From assembly GCF_006345805.1 (NCBI RefSeq), contig NC_042997.1:212908001-212972000 (forward strand): a stretch of 64,000 nt of DNA, written 5' to 3'. Shown in pieces: positions 50,578 through 64,000 of the stretch (within the stretch, counting starts at the first letter, position 1; each line of letters begins with the position of its first letter). The position numbers were made by a program, and so were the translations under genes. This stretch comes from Octopus sinensis (taxonomy: Eukaryota). Under the pieces are notes generated by a model that was not told where the DNA came from, searched no databases, and worked only from the letters and a program-made list of their open reading frames with translations.

Positions 50578-51001
50578 CGTAGGAGTGGCTGTGTGGTGAG
50601 TAGCTTGCTTACCAACCACATGGTTCCAGGTTCAGTTCCACTGCGTGGCATCTTGGGCAAGTGTCTTCTGCTATAGCCCCGGGCCGACCAATGCCTTGTG
50701 AGTGGATTTGGTAGACGGAAACTGAAAGAAGCCTGTCGTATATATGTATATATATATATATAAGTGTGTGTGTATATGTTTGTGTGTCTGTGTTTGTCCC
50801 CCTAGCATTGCTTGACAACCGATGCTGGTGTGTTTACGTCCCCGTCACTTAGCGGTTCGGCAAAAGAGACCGATAGAATAAGTACTGGGCTTACAAAGAA
50901 TAAGTCCTGGGGTCGATTTGCTCGACTAAAGGTGGTGCTCCAGCATGGCCGCAGTCAAATGACTGAAACAAGTAAAAGAGTAAAAGAGAGTAAAAGAGTA
51001 G
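50578..51001 (+). mobile_element. SINE family C
   Basis: Full-length match with a (GTAAAAGA)n tail. Confidence 0.92.
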
Positions 51002-51384
51002 TCCAAATTTATTTTTCTATTCAGTATATACATACATCCGTTTGTGCATAACTGTTTGTAAGTATTCTTGTATCTATTACTGTCCCCCATCTCTCTTTTG
51101 AATCATATATATATACACATCCAAAATTAGGGAACGGAGAAGATAAAATCCAGGCTGTATGTGTTCCAAGCAGAACCTCTGAAGTCATACAAAAAATATG
51201 CAGGTGTGCACTAATATGTGCTTGTATAGTTAAAAAATTTAAGTGATACACTACCAACTTACCTAGAAGTACTAAGTTTCCCTACTGACCAAAAACATTA
51301 TCTTCCGCCCCCTCTCCTTCTCTCCCCCCTCTCCTAACAAATTCTAAATTAATACCACTCCTCCATTTTTTTTTCGTTGAATCG

Positions 51385-51770
51385 AAATCGATCAATGGAA
51401 ATTGCAGATGTGTTACCAGTGCCGGTGGCATGTAAGAGAACCTTCCGTTTCGCGACCGTTGCCAGCACCGCCCCGTTTCGTGTCCGTTGCCAGCCTAGCC
51501 TGGCCCTCGTGCCGGTGGCACATAAAAAGCACCATCCGTTCGTGGCCGTTTGCCAGCTCTGTCTGGCACCTGTGCAGGTGGCACGTAAAAAGCACCCACT
51601 ACGCTCTCGGAGTGGTTGGCGTTAGGAAGGGCATCCAGCCGTAGAAACACTGCCAGATCTGACTGGGCCTGATGAAGCCTTCTGGCTTCACAGACCCCAG
51701 TAGAACCGTCCAACCCATGCTAGCATGGAAAACGGATGCTAAACGATAATGATGATGACGATGATGATGC
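51385..51770 (+). mobile_element. RTE 3'-UTR copy with a (GAT)n tail
   Basis: Matches 16150-16626. Confidence 0.87.
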
Positions 51771-51774
51771 AGTC

Positions 51775-52841
<1,067 letters not shown>

Positions 52842-53575
52842 TGAAGTACAATTGTGGTGGCCAGTATAGCCTTGAACAGAATAAAAAAAAAAAGAAAGCT
52901 ATCAAGAAAGTTGACTATATTGGGACAGATGGGTCAAAAGAATATTGATGAGACTTAAAAATTAAAATAACCACTAAATCAAAACACAATGGACAGATAT
53001 GGTTGTGTGGGACCAAGAAAGAAAACTATATTCTGTCGTGAAATCAGCTAAACCCTGGACACTAATGTGGTCAGAAAAATAGAGATGAAAGAAAACATCT
53101 ATGGCTTACCGATAAAGAGTTGACAAATATACTTTCAGCTTTATACCAATTATTATTGGAGTAACTAGAAACATACTAACTGACCTGGAACCAAGTATGA
53201 TTGAATGCTGGTTCTTGGGGAAAGAACACAATTCCTTAATTCATGTGCTACAAATGGTCACGATATCTGAAACAATAAAACCTACATAATCTGAAGATTT
53301 AAAGGATGACAGACAAAACAAAATTGCTTTCCTTACAACCAAACAGGGGATCAGCCAAAATTAATTCTAAGTCAAAAAGAGAAAAAGGAAACATACATAA
53401 TACAGTACAAACATAAGATTTATCTAGGCTGATCCAGGGACCTAAATCTGTTAATCTGGAACTTCCCAAAGACAGCTCACCAGGAATATATAAATTGGAT
53501 GCAAGTTGATCTCACCAAATGCCATTTTGATTTTTGTCAGTGGGAGAGAGCAGAAAAAGACAAGTGCTGACAAAT

Positions 53576-53710
53576 GCACACACACAAACATCGACCACAC
53601 GTGCACACACACAAACATCGACCACACGTGCACACACACAAACGTCGACCACACATGCACACACACAAACATCGACCACACGTGCACACACACAAACATC
53701 GACCACACAT
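53576..53710. repeat. Minisatellite, 27-bp unit GCACACACACAAACATCGACCACACGT, about 5 copies
   Basis: Direct reading. Confidence 0.93.
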
Positions 53711-54223
53711 TCACACACTCATTCATACTTGCACCTACTCAAATAAGTGGTAGATTGGTTTTAAAAATGAAAACAATAAGGCTCTGGGTGGCATCCCTAC
53801 AGGAATGGTAGTGCTGAGTGTCTAACTGTTTAGTAATGGTAAAGAATCTAAACCTCTTTATCACAAAAATAATTAAAACTAACATCCAACGAAATCTTAT
53901 TAAAAGTTTTCTAATATACATTAAACTATATTTAGATGCTGTCTCACTAACAGACCTAAGATCAAAGACATTCCTGTCGTGACCCTTTCATTTATTTTAT
54001 ATATTTATGACTACATAGTGTAGTATTCTTTTTAAACAGTAGGATGTGGTGTGAGGAAGATTTGCCACTACTTTTAACCGACTGAGCGACTTTGTGGAGG
54101 CAGGAAATATAAAAGGTTTCCAGTCTAAAGCTGGAATCCTGTTTTCTGAAGTCTTACCCTTTTGATCCTTCCTTTTACCAATTATTTTCAGACACCCAAC
54201 TGAATTTTAACACTGAATATGAC

Positions 54224-54270
<47 letters not shown>

Positions 54271-55222
54271 AGAGAGAGGCTTGAGTAGTAGAGAGTGAGA
54301 ATGTGTGTGTGTGTGCGTCTGGAATGTTTCAGCTGCATTATAGTAAGCTGATGTTGAAAAGCTTCTCACTGTGACCATTTATGACCAGTGTTGACCAGTT
54401 TTATCTCATAATTCTTGTATCCATGACAAAAACAGAAATGTTACAAAATCAATGAAAGAAATGATTAGTATGAAAGTTTGAAATGAGAGAAAATTAATTA
54501 AGCGTTAAAGGTTGGTGATTCTAGGTCAGAGTAATTAGAGTTAATGACGTAAGTCTAAAGCAAGCATTGTCTGTCAGAGAACTTTTACTGGAAGTGTCAT
54601 TGTGAATATGATATACAGAGAAGGGAAAGAGAGAGAGAGAGAGAGTGTGTGTGTAACAAAGGGGGGGTTAAGGGGGGGAAAGGAGTGAGAGGTGGTGTAT
54701 TAGATGAAAGGGTAAGAAAGAGAGAGAGACAGTATGTGAGTGTGTGTGTGTGTGTGAGGGAGAGTCTATGCGTAAGAGCTTGCTCAAATGTGGGGCAGTA
54801 TAAGAGATAGAGACACAAACGGACACTCTGTGAGTATGGGGTGTTTTATATATTACCTGAGCAGAAAATGGAAGAAATGCAATAAAATGTTCAGCTTTAT
54901 TTGATAACTGGAAGATGAGAAAGGAAACAAGAAGGATAAAGTATGTATGTAAAGTATCCAGGTGGGCAAAGGCAGGAGTGAAGAGAAAGTTCCAGTAAGA
55001 AAAAGTGTGAGGTTGAATTTCAATTAAAAGTCATATCAGTTCTGAGAAAGAAGATGAGTTACTGTTCCCTTTGTAAGAAATCATGGAAGAAGTGGTGTTG
55101 GAAGCCAAGTCAAAGACTCTGATGTGTTGAATGAAATACTCAGGAGCGTCACAAGACAGGCAGGCAACCTGTTGCCAAGTGAAATATTGTTCTACAAACC
55201 TGTTTGACAGTTGGCAGCTGGT

Positions 55223-55422
55223 TTACTCTTTTACTCTTTTACTTGTTTCAGTCATTTGACTGTGGCCATGCTGGAGCACCGCCTTTTAGTCGAGCAAATC
55301 GACCCCGGGACTTATTCTTTGTAAGCCCAGTACTTATTCTATCGGTCTCTTTTTGCTGAACCGCTAAGTGACAGGGACGTAAACACACCAGCATCGGTTG
55401 TCAAGCAATGCTAGGGGGACAA

Positions 55423-55453
<31 letters not shown>

Positions 55454-55624
55454 CATATATACGACGGGCTTCTTTCAGTTTCCGTCTACCAAATCCACTC
55501 ACAAGGCATTGGTCGGCCCGGGGCTATAGCAGAAGACACTTGCCCAAGGTGCCACACAGTGGGACTGAACCCGGAACCATGTGGTTGGTAAACAAGCTAC
55601 TTACCACACAGCCACTCCTGCACC
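55223..55624 (-). mobile_element. SINE family C
   Basis: Full-length reverse-complement match. Confidence 0.92.
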
Positions 55625-55960
55625 TAACATGATTGGAAATTGCAAAATTCTACCAAATACACTCATAAAGTGTTGGTCAGTTTGAAGCTATAGTGAGACT
55701 GAACCTGAAACCAGATGGTTGCAAAGCAAACTTCCTTACCATACACCCATGCTTTTGTGATACAATGACTGTTCTTGCTAAAATATAGAACATCATACCT
55801 ACAATAATATATATTAAATGCAAGACAGAGACCCAGTCCTTACAGGATACTTGTATCACCACTGCAGGGATTCTTTCAATCAAGCACAGATGAGAAACCT
55901 TCAGTAAGTCACTGAGAGCGATCATACCTGTAGGAGAGAGAGGGAGCAATGAGCAGGAAT

Positions 55961-56192
55961 GCAAGCTGGCAGAATCGTTAGCACGCCGGGCAAAATGCTT
56001 AGCGTTATTTCGGCTGCCGTTACGTTGTGAGTTCAAATTCTGCCGAGGTCGACTTTGCCTTTCATCCTTTCGGGGTCGATAAATTAAGTACCAGTTAAGC
56101 ACTGGGGTCGATATAATCGACTTAATACCTATGTCTGTCCATGTTTGTCCCCTCTGTGTTTAGCCCCTTGTGGGTAATAAAGAAATAGGTAT
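55961..56192 (+). mobile_element. SINE family M
   Basis: Full-length head, core and tail. Confidence 0.9.
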
Positions 56193-57009
56193 TGACGTTT
56201 GGTAATATTGGGTTGGTGAGAAAATAGGGGATATGCCCATGACTCTAAAAGATATTCTGAGATTGGGAGGATCAACTACTGCTGCTGCTGCTCATGAGGA
56301 TGATGATGATGATGACAGTCATTATCATAAGGAGCATCAAGAATGAGAGTGGAAGAGGTAGAAGCCAACTAATTAGAAATTATTACAAACTTCTTTCTGA
56401 TTGGTTCAACCATAAAAGTCAAGGATTTCCAACCATTTCTAAATAAAAATTAAACCATCAGGTTTTTGTGGTGGTGGCCACAGCAGAAGAAAACCTCCGA
56501 AGAAGAACTCAAAGAGACCAGTTTGGATCTTAGTCGTCTCATGTGCAAATGCACACAAAAGAATGGATGCTGTTGAGGCGAAGAGAAAATTACTCGAAAT
56601 GGGAAAAACTTTTCTGTGAATATTTGCATTCAAGTAAGAAAAATAAATTCTAAACCATTCCGCTTAAGGATCAAGCATTCCAACATTTTACTTGAATGTT
56701 TGTCAAAAAATTTCAGATTAACTTATGACTAAATTCTTTCAAATTTTGCCTCAAGGGCAGGAATTTTAGAGTGTGTGTGGAGGGGTGTGTGCAAATTGTA
56801 TTGACCTAAGTGTATGACTGGTACGTATTTCATTGACTCACCACCACCACCACCATAAAAAGCAAAAAGAATGAAAGACAAAGTTGGCGTCAGCAGGATT
56901 TGAATTCAAAGCATAAGGCGCCAGCTGAAGTGCCACTAATCAATATTTCTCTAGTTTCACATTGTCCATATATGGAAGTAATTACAGATTTATTTCAAGA
57001 AAAGAGAAT

Positions 57010-57290
57010 GGAAAATGAACTCATGCCAGTGCTATGTAGAATGCACAAGTGCCAGTGTTGGCACTGTGCAAATGCAGCCATGCTGGTGGTATGTAAAAAG
57101 CACATTTTGTAAAATGGTTGGCATTAGGAAGGACATCCAGTCATAGACACCATGACAAAACAGAAAATTGGAGTCAGGCCGACTCCTGTTCAACTGTCCA
57201 ACTCATGCCAGCATGGAAAGTGGATAGTAAACAATGATGATGATGATAATGATAACGATGACGATGATGATGATGATGATGATGACGATG
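57010..57290 (+). mobile_element. Degenerate RTE 3'-UTR copy with a (GAT)n tail
   Basis: GGCATTAGGAAGGACATCCAG..CATGCCAGCATGGAAAG..GATGATG. Confidence 0.75.
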
Positions 57291-57969
57291 ATTTTATTGT
57301 TACATTGTTAAATAAATAAATAAATAATTGAGATTAATTGGACCATTAATTTGGGAAAATATTTCCCACAGATATTTATTTTTTATGAACTTCTGTAAAA
57401 AATGAATTTTGTTTTGTAACTTTTCTTTTGAATTTCAATGAGGTTTAGTTTGCTTTGGTTTACACCTTCATTTTTGGTAATTGTCTCCGCTGTTTTGCAT
57501 TTACAGAACACATTCAGGTAATATTGGAGTGTTTTTTTCTTGTTGAGTAGTCAATTAAGTCAACTCAGTACTTGATTGGTGGTACTATTTATATATTAAC
57601 CCTGAAAGAGTGAAAGACAGAACTGGTTCCTTGTCAGGATTTGAAGGCAAAGAAGTCGGAAGAAGTTCCCCAATACATTTTGGTCATCTTCCTCCAGCAG
57701 AGAGGAAAGATCATGGCTAGAGGAAGAAAATGAGGAATGGAAGGGATTCTAAGGATGGAGTGTAACAGAGAGGAGAGATAGCATGGTTTCCTATAATCTT
57801 CCTCTAGCCATGATCTCTCCTCTCTGCTATATTCCACCCTTAACACCTCTTTTATCTTCTATGACCCCCCCCCAATGCCCACAAATATCTAACATACCCC
57901 ACCACCTCCCCATTAAGCCACTCCTGTATCTCTCACCTTCAATTACTACAACCAACTCTTTGCCATCTA

Positions 57970-58196
57970 ACCTATGTCTTTACTACCCACAAGGGGCTAA
58001 ACACGGAGAGGACAAACAAAGACAGACAAACAGATGAAGTCGATTATATCGACCCCAGTGTGTAACTGGTACTTAATTTATCGACCTCAAAAGGATGAAA
58101 GACAAAATTGACCTCGGGGGAATTTGAACTCAGGACATAAAGACAGACGAAATACCGCAAGGCATTTCGCCAGGCGTGCTAACGTTTCTGCCAGCT
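57970..58196 (-). mobile_element. SINE family M
   Basis: Match to 21834-22064. Confidence 0.88.
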
Positions 58197-58504
58197 AACC
58201 ATTTCTCTCCATATTCTTATGAAATCTTCTCCTTTGCACCTCCATCACATTACCAAAATTCCATCTCCAACTGTGCCATGATGGGGGGGGGTATGTCCTG
58301 ACACATATCCACCACTATTTCTGCCCCTTCTTTCCATCTCTCCCAGCTTTACTTTCTCTCCCTTCTCCTCCAACTGGGATGTTTGTATCTCTTTGTCCCT
58401 CCATTCTTTCAACCTCTCATCACCTGGCACAGAGCCACCTCCCCCAACATTCCTCTCCCCCACCCCAGTCGAGAGGAATTTGTCTTGTCTTGTCTTGTCT
58501 TGTT

Positions 58505-58781
58505 ACTTGGTCACCCTGCCGGTGCTGATGCCACAAAACCAGCATCCAGTGCACTCTGTGAAGTGGTTGGCATTAGGAACGGCACCCTGCCATGGAACTA
58601 TGTCAAAAGAGACAACAGAGCTTGGCACAGCCCTTTCGTTTGCCAGCTCTTCTCAAACTGTCCAACCCATGCCAGCAGGGAAAACAGAAGATAAATGATG
58701 CGGAGGAGGGAAAGAATGACTCTTCTGTTTGTACACCCTCTTTTCATATATACACACACACAGAGGTGTGCATATATATAT

Positions 58782-58834
<53 letters not shown>

Positions 58835-59150
58835 TTAACATCTGTTGTCCATGCTGGCATGGGTTGGATGCTTTGACTAGGACTGGTAAGTTAAGGGGTT
58901 GCACCAGACTTCATTCTGATTTGGCATGGTTTTCTATGGCTAGATGCCCTTCCTAACGCCAACTTCTCCGAGAGTATAATGGGTGCTTTTATGTGTCACT
59001 GGCACAGGTGCCATTTGCATGACACTGATATTTGCCATGACTTTGATTTTGCTCAGCTTGATGGGTCTTCTTCTCAAGCATGACATAATGCCAAAGGTCT
59101 CGGTCATTGCCTCTGTTAGGCCCAACACTCAAAAGGAACTCAACCACTTT
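58505..59150. mobile_element. Two RTE 3' fragments, tail to tail (58505-58700 on +, 58780-59150 on -)
   Basis: Shared 3'-UTR motifs and (GAT)/(CAT) tails. Confidence 0.78.
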
Positions 59151-59408
59151 GCTTCTGTGAGATCCTTTTTATATATATATATAATGGAGTTTTGTTTGTG
59201 TGTGTGTGTGTTGTGTGTGTGTGTGTGTGTGTGGTGTGTGTGCATACATGTGTGTACATGTGTGTACATGTGTAACTCCATTAAAAATTTAGAGTTCTAT
59301 ATTCAACCTTGGGTTTCTTGATTTACTGATCTAGACGATCACTTGTGTGCTTGTGTGTGTGTTAGTACATGTGAGTGTATGTGTGTACATGTATGTATAT
59401 ATATATAT

Positions 59409-59826
59409 AGGCGCAGGAGTGGCTGTGTGGTAAGTAGCTTGCTTACCAACCACATGGTTCTGGGTTTAGTCCCACTGCGTGGCATCTTGGGCAAGTGTCT
59501 TCTGCTATGGCCCCGGGCCGACCAATGCCTTGTGAGTGGATTTGGTAGACGGAAACTGAAAGAAGCCTGTCGTATATATGTATATATATATATATATGTG
59601 TGTGTGTTTGTGTGTCTGTGTTTGTCCCCCTAACATAGCTTGACAACCGATACTGGTGTGTTTACGTCCCCGTCACTTAGCGGTTCGGTAAAAGAGACCG
59701 ATAGAATAAGTACTGGGCTTACAAAGAATAAGTCCCAGGGTCGATTTGCTCGACTAAAGGCGGTGCTCCAGCATGGCCGCAGTCAAATGACTGAAACAAG
59801 TAAAAAAGTAAAAGAGAGTAAAGAGT
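59409..59826 (+). mobile_element. SINE family C
   Basis: Full-length match. Confidence 0.92.
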
Positions 59827-60742
59827 ATATATATTGATGTATGCTATTTGTTCCGTTTTGCTTCTTTCTGTCAAAGTACAATGACCATTAAACTCACCAT
59901 CAACAATTTGCACGTTCCAAGCAAAGATCAAACAAACCTGATTATAGCAGGAAAAGAACCATAACAGAGGCTAGATCAATGATGATGGTGATGATGGTGA
60001 TGGTGATGATGATTGTCCTCCTCCTCCTCATCCTCATCATCATCATCATCATCAACATACTAGATTTTTAATGAAATGTTTCCAACTCCATTTCACCCAA
60101 ATTCCTTCCAAAAACCAAATCAAAAACCATTTGTGACAGTAATTTGTTTACAAAAACATTTTTCTAAAGGAAAGAAGATGAGTTTAAAAGAAAATAAAAC
60201 TGTTTTTATTTCCTTCGTTTCTTTCATCAAAACTTACGGATTCCGTCTGTGACAGGTGTTAATCGAACTTTGAAATTCGATTGTTGTTTAGGTTTTGTTC
60301 AAGGATTTCCTATGCTACATCAATGATCATGTCAATGATGTTGATGATGTTGCTTATGATGATGATGATGATGGCTATGATGTTGATGATGTTGATGATG
60401 ATGATGATGATACCATTTCTTTCATGTTTCTATTGTTTCTTTTCCCTGGTTACAATAACCAAGATTTTATCCCTTTTCAAATTCTGTCTTGAAAATATTC
60501 TTCACCATCTTTTAATGGAGTTACAAAAATTCACATCTTCTCAGCTGCAATAAACATTGGCTTTAAATTTTGACACAAGGCCAGCAATATTGAGAAAGAG
60601 AAAAAAGTCAAAGGGATTGACTTGTATTAAGTTTTTCTTCCCCAAAAAGATGAAACGCAAAATTGACTTCAGTGAAATTTGAACTCGGAACATAAAAACA
60701 TGAAATGCTGTAAAGAATTTTGCCTGGCATGACAAGAATTCT

Positions 60743-60984
60743 TATTTAAAAATTTTTTTTTTTTATTACCCACAAGGGGCTAAACATAGAGGGGACAAAC
60801 AAGGACAGACAAATGGATTAAGTCAATTACATTGACCCCAGTGCATAACTGGTACTTAATTTATTGACCCCAAAAGGGATGAAAGGCAAAGTCGGCCTCG
60901 GCGGAATTTGAACTCAGAACGTAACGGCAGACGAAATACCGCTCAGCATTTCGCCCGTCGCATTAACGTTTCTGCCAGCTCGCC
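60743..60984 (-). mobile_element. Young SINE family M nested in the head of an older M-related SINE (60560-61005), with a 16-bp TSD
   Basis: GCATGACAAGAATTCT at 60727-60742 and 60985-61000. Confidence 0.92.
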
Positions 60985-61319
60985 GCATGACAAGAATTCT
61001 GCCATCTTGGCATCTTAAGCTGTGTTAACATTATCAAAGGTAAACGTGAAAATAGGAATTGTAAATGGCAACAATGTCTGCTGCAAATGACAAACTCACA
61101 TCTTGGGCTGTCCACAAGTGTTTCAAAGAAGATTCCGGCAATGGACACAAAAACAGAATTGGATGAAGGAGGAGAAATAAAGTGAAGTTTTGTGTGGTTT
61201 AAAGCAAGGATGCCATGAAGAGATGCACTTAGCAATCATATGAAGATGCTAAAATGTCAGAATTGGTTTCATATCACGTATGTCTCCTTATTGTTGCTGC
61301 AAAGTAGGAATGTAATCAC

Positions 61320-61333
61320 CATCACCATTATTA

Positions 61334-61385
<52 letters not shown>

Positions 61386-61566
61386 CATTATTAACATTAT
61401 TATTATTATTATTATTATTATCATCATCATCATCGTCATTGTCATCACCATCAATGTAATGGTCAGCATCCTTTCTCCACTCTACCACCCTCGCCCTTCC
61501 TCAATCATCATCAGCATCATCAGCATTGTTATATTTCTCATTGTCATCATATTCACCGTCATTGCT

Positions 61567-61598
<32 letters not shown>

Positions 61599-61670
61599 AA
61601 ACAGCATCATTTTGCACCTCCTTCTCTCCTTCTCCTCCTCCTTCTCCTTCTCCGTATCATCATCATCATG
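61320..61670. repeat. (ATT)n/(CAT)n low-complexity tract
   Basis: Direct reading. Confidence 0.9.
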
Positions 61671-62124
61671 TTAATATCAGCTTTTCCATTGTTTCATGGA
61701 TCAGACAGAATTTTTTTCTGTCCACCAACTAGTTTCAAAGCTTCCAGCCAAGCTGATGGACAGACCCTGAACGAAGCTGCACAGAAAATTATGCCTGCTT
61801 GCATGTGCAACTGTCCAAACTTTGTGCAGTGGAAACACGTGCAGGTCATAATAGCCATAGAAATATGCAGTATGAAATTGTAAAATAAAAGGAAATAAAT
61901 TCTTAGGATAAACAAATCTCCATATTCTCTCTTGCTATAATTACTGCTACCAAACACTCCAGATAATATTACCATCCAGTGAACACGAAATTACCCATCA
62001 GAGGAATTTACAGCATGAGTGACAACTTATAGTAGTAACAGATGTTAAATACTAATCGATGTGGTTAGCCATAACCTGGAACATAACTGAGAGCTTCCAC
62101 AGTATCCCTCTAAACTCACATTAA

Positions 62125-62500
62125 TATGTGTGTATACATACATAAATACATACATACACACATACATACATACATACATACATACATGCATACATACATA
62201 CACGCATACACACATACATACATGATGGCTGCCCCCTCGTTATCGAGTATGGCCATTGCACGAAGCTTAACTGTTACTGGTGCTGTGATCGAATGTGACT
62301 TTTAGCCCAGCTAAAGATCTACAATGTCTTGTACAGAATCGACAGCTAAAATCTTTACCGGCCAACAGCCGGCTGTAGTTGTAACTGGGTTTCATGTACC
62401 TTTGCATGTCATCCTGCCCAATTACACTCTCTTCCACATGCCTGACAGATATGATTAGTATGGTGGCCAGGTTGTCACTCATCTGTCTCGCTTTATTATC
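62125..62500 (-). mobile_element. 3' end of a BovB-like RTE (62222-62500) with a (GTAT)n tail (62125-62221)
   Basis: The minus-strand ORF reads DFSCRFCTRHCRSLAGL, resembling the terminal F.C..C.R.C.S..GL zinc-finger motif. Confidence 0.45.
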
Positions 62501-62945
62501 ATCATCCTCATCATTTAGCATCTGTTTTCCATGCTGGCATGGGTTAGATGGTTTCCCTGAAACAAGTAAGCTGTAAAGCAACACCAGATTCCAATCGGAT
62601 TTCACATGGCTCCTTTTGTTGGATGCCCTTCCTAGCACTACCCACTCTACAGAGTGCACTTGGTGCTTTTTATGTGCCACCAGTATGGGTACCCGTTACG
62701 TGACACCAGCATCAGCTACGACTACAATTTCACTTGGCTTGACAGGTTTTCTCAAACACAGCATATTGCCAAAGGTCTCAGTCACTCTGCGAGACCCAAC
62801 GTTCGAAGATCATGCTTCAGCACTTCGTCCCATGTCTTCTTAGGTCTAACCCTTCCACAGGTTTCCCCCACAGTTAGAGATCAGCACTTCTTTAAAAAGC
62901 TATCTTCATCCATACACATGACCATATTGATGCACACCACATCTG
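62500..62945 (-). mobile_element. RTE 3' fragment
   Basis: Reverse complement of 17350-18070-type sequence. Confidence 0.8.
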
Positions 62946-63894
62946 ATACCTCTTACGCCAAATATATACATACATATATGCAAATATATGACAGTTGAAA
63001 CACTCCTGTCACAACCTGGGACCTTGAAGACTGCTTTAATGCAAGAAAGTATACTAGTCCCTTAATATTTGATATTCAGTATTTCATCTATTCAATAAGA
63101 CAATCAATGCTTCATTTCATTTTACTATATATATATTATTTATACTATATATTCTATATTCTACATTAATATTATAAAGAATATAAATAAAACATAAAAA
63201 ACAGAGTTGGAATTCCTTTGAATAATATATATCCCTCTATACACAATCATACAAACCCCTTTTTATTTATATATATATATGTGCATGCTAGTGGGTGGAC
63301 AAACAAAAGAAGGACACTCAACAACACATTTATTGGAAGTCACATGGTTACATGTATGAATCCAAACAGTTTGATTCAAATTCGCTGGTACTCCAAGTTT
63401 CAAGCATGATGCTAATCTTCAGCCATTTTGAATTTGAATAAAAGAAGTTGATTGTTATTACCGTAAGGTGAGCTATGATTAGTCGAGGAAGGTCATGTGG
63501 TGTCGTAGTTTGATGTTGGTACAACCAAATATCAGTGACAACAGTTAGCTTGAAAACACCGCATGGTGAATGGGAAATCAACCACATGGTGGACAGGAAA
63601 TCGGTCATGTTGTTGGAGGGCGGTATGTGCAAGTATATAGTTGCATATGTGGGTGTGTGGATGTACTCATATGGTTTTGCGTGCATGTCTGTAGTGAAGC
63701 GAGCGTGTGCATCTATACATGGGTGTGCACACACATGCTCCCCCCATATATATATATATATATATATGTGTGTATGAATGAATATGCGTGCGTGCACACA
63801 CACATGCATACACATGCATGCAAACACACACACATATCCACTCATGCACATTCATTCATATGTGCAATGCATGCATATTAGTGTCCACATGCAC

Positions 63895-64000
63895 ACCCAT
63901 GTGCAGTGGCGCCCAGTTCTAGTATTTGTGTAATTCTCGATGCCAAAGTTTGGGACAAGTCCTTCCAGGATCTTCCAGATGTATATTATGGCATATCTTT
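63895..64000 (-). mobile_element. CR1-type LINE fragment, running off the window
   Basis: The minus strand reads RYAIIYIWKILEGLVPNFGIENYTNTRTGRHC, matching the CR1 RY.IIY.WKILEGLVPN motif. Confidence 0.8.

Noticed and set aside
53576-53710. 27-bp repeat as a CRISPR-like array
   Set aside because: No spacers; a simple minisatellite.
63900-64000. Plus-strand exon-like reading SICVILDAKVWDKSFQDLPDVYYGIS
   Set aside because: The minus strand is a recognisable CR1 motif (IIYIWKILEGLVPN).

Overview
AT-rich, repeat-saturated eukaryotic DNA. The SINE and RTE repeat families look like those I recall from octopus genomes, so I infer an Octopus (coleoid cephalopod) intron or intergenic region. No host protein-coding gene can be identified with confidence. 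Nearly all long ORFs in the track are artefacts of micro-, mini- or satellite repeats. The window contains: at least four tRNA-derived SINE families (over 20 copies); RTE, CR1 and R4/Dong-type LINE fragments; Penelope-like remnants; a full-length dead mariner; Helitron, hAT (Buster-type) and Merlin-type pieces; a probable solo LTR; a 5.8-kb 22-bp satellite; and several minisatellites. The best lead is a tRNA-headed (Pol III A/B-box) SINE-like element at 40992-41302 (-). Its 3' tail carries a complete minimal type I hammerhead ribozyme of the Penelope kind, and it sits head-to-head with a truncated second copy. Other leads: a second, degenerate hammerhead-like fold with a possible G3:C8 swap (23740-23790); nine perfect CRE palindromes spaced 21/24 bp inside a retroposon tail; a SINE flanked by a ~156-bp duplication; and a young CR1 that appears to split a small spliced ORF.
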